64,000 bases of DNA, taken from contig NC_092678.1 of assembly GCF_964355755.1 (NCBI RefSeq), forward strand, positions 18,555,365 to 18,619,364, given 5' to 3'. Every line of letters begins with the position of its first letter. The first letter of the stretch is position 1. The notes under the pieces are model-generated. The model saw only the letters and a program-made list of their open reading frames with translations, ran no database searches and had not been told where the DNA came from. The position numbers and the translations under genes were made by a program. Below are positions 62,841 to 64,000 of this stretch, piece by piece. This stretch comes from Antedon mediterranea. Its lineage: Eukaryota > Animalia > Echinodermata.

Positions 62841-63049
62841 TATAATTACCTCATTGTTTGTCATTTAAAAAAGTACAAAGCAATTTTCAACGACAATTTG
62901 TTGATGACGAATATATGTACATTGTAAATTTTCTGGACAGGTAACTCGCAAGTATTAGACGGTTCACTGATTCCTATAAATAAAACACCGATAATTGGTT
63001 ATCATACGGTTCTTTTATACCGCGACACGAAGGTAGTTTTTATCTCATA

Positions 63050-63366
63050 GGAACCCCAACAGTTTATTAGGTTCTTCTATACTCAATACAACCGCGTAAC
63101 CATGTTTCTGCTTGTAGTTTCCACATTCAATGATTGTTAGGCCCTACGAATTTTTTAAGAAGTACGTTTTCAACATTCTTTTCGTTTCGACAAAAATTGT
63201 CTACTAATTAATTATAAAATTACGCAATGTTCTTCCTACCTGATGTAGATAATTGTGAAAGAGGCCGTAATCCCAAACTTTCCTATCATTCCAAATGTTA
63301 TCATCAGAACTTCATTTGCTATCGAAAAATCACAGTAATTATTTTAGTTATACGACGATTAATACT
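63050..63366 (-). pseudogene. Duplicate of SLC22 exon 8 with flanking introns
   Basis: Near-identical to 31480-31808 but with a 30-nt deletion (equivalent to 31656-31685) that removes the conserved AEIYPT motif. Confidence 0.88.
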
Positions 63367-63704
63367 AAAGGCTGGTTTCCTGTCGACGTAAGAGTTAGTA
63401 TTTCTAACGTCAGTTACGATTGTTACGTCGTTTTTACGTAAGAAACCAACATTTGACAGGAAACCACTTACGACAATATTTTGTTGAAATCGACGTAAAC
63501 GCAAGAAAAATAGACGTAACGCAACGATCGACAGGAGAACGGGGTATCGAATCTCCGTCTGATACGTCGATTTATCGCGAATTTACAGGAAACCGGGGAT
63601 TTTATTGTTTGCGATCACTTGCGTTGCGTTATACCTGGTAGGCCAACATTCCACTGATCTGTCAGTCCAATCCAATGAATCTGGCTAGATGATTTTTGAG
63701 AATG

Positions 63705-64000
63705 TGCAATAACTACCTCTACATTTGAAAACTGAACTCCATCTGAATAACCTGGTTTTGTGATTATTGTCTGTATTGCCTTATGCATTCACATTATATT
63801 ATTCTTCATTCTACACTACTTTATTATCACTTTAAATCTCACGCAACATTACAAAAACTCTTTGTTAATTGTTATTTACGGTACCTTACTTGAAAAGCTA
63901 ATTGAATTTACACTCAATAGTCAATTAACAATGGGTACCGTGACACAATAACAACAATACATTCTATAAGCTATTTGACCCTATACATAAAATGATGTCT
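63705..64000 (+). other. Paralogous copy of the aGPCR upstream region; likely 5' flank of a second aGPCR beyond the window
   Basis: Colinear with ~43045-43490 (e.g. actttaaatctcacgcaa..attacaaaaactctttg; aattgaatttacactcaata; accgtgacacaataacaacaatacatt; aaaatgatg), ending at a point equivalent to ~140 bp before the aGPCR ATG. Confidence 0.7.

Overview
AT-rich, intron-containing animal genomic DNA, not prokaryotic. The repeat landscape and gene types suggest an invertebrate deuterostome, probably an echinoderm (inference only). I assembled three spliced genes by hand from splice signals and exon phases. (1) A + strand secreted peptide precursor (9318-24234) with a signal peptide, an RK...GRR-flanked amidated peptide, and an exon missed by the ORF track that encodes a six-cysteine knottin-like peptide followed by RKR; I do not recognise it as a named family. 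(2) A - strand 11-exon SLC22 organic ion transporter (36620-29902, 571 aa) with a GC-AG intron and a C-terminal DTRL PDZ-binding motif. (3) A + strand 14-exon adhesion GPCR (43631-55386, 874 aa) with an unnamed ~190-aa N-terminal domain, HormR-like, GAIN/GPS and 7TM. Relics of duplicated aGPCR and SLC22 exons point to a birth-and-death locus that probably continues past the right edge. The rest is dense in mobile DNA: a near-full-length frameshifted L2/CR1-group LINE, other LINE relics, tRNA-derived SINEs, Helentron-type elements, MITEs with clear target-site duplications, Penelope-type minimal hammerhead ribozymes, two copies of a nested-palindrome element that I recall resembling vertebrate MER121, and several minisatellites. 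No rRNA, genuine tRNA or CRISPR array was seen.
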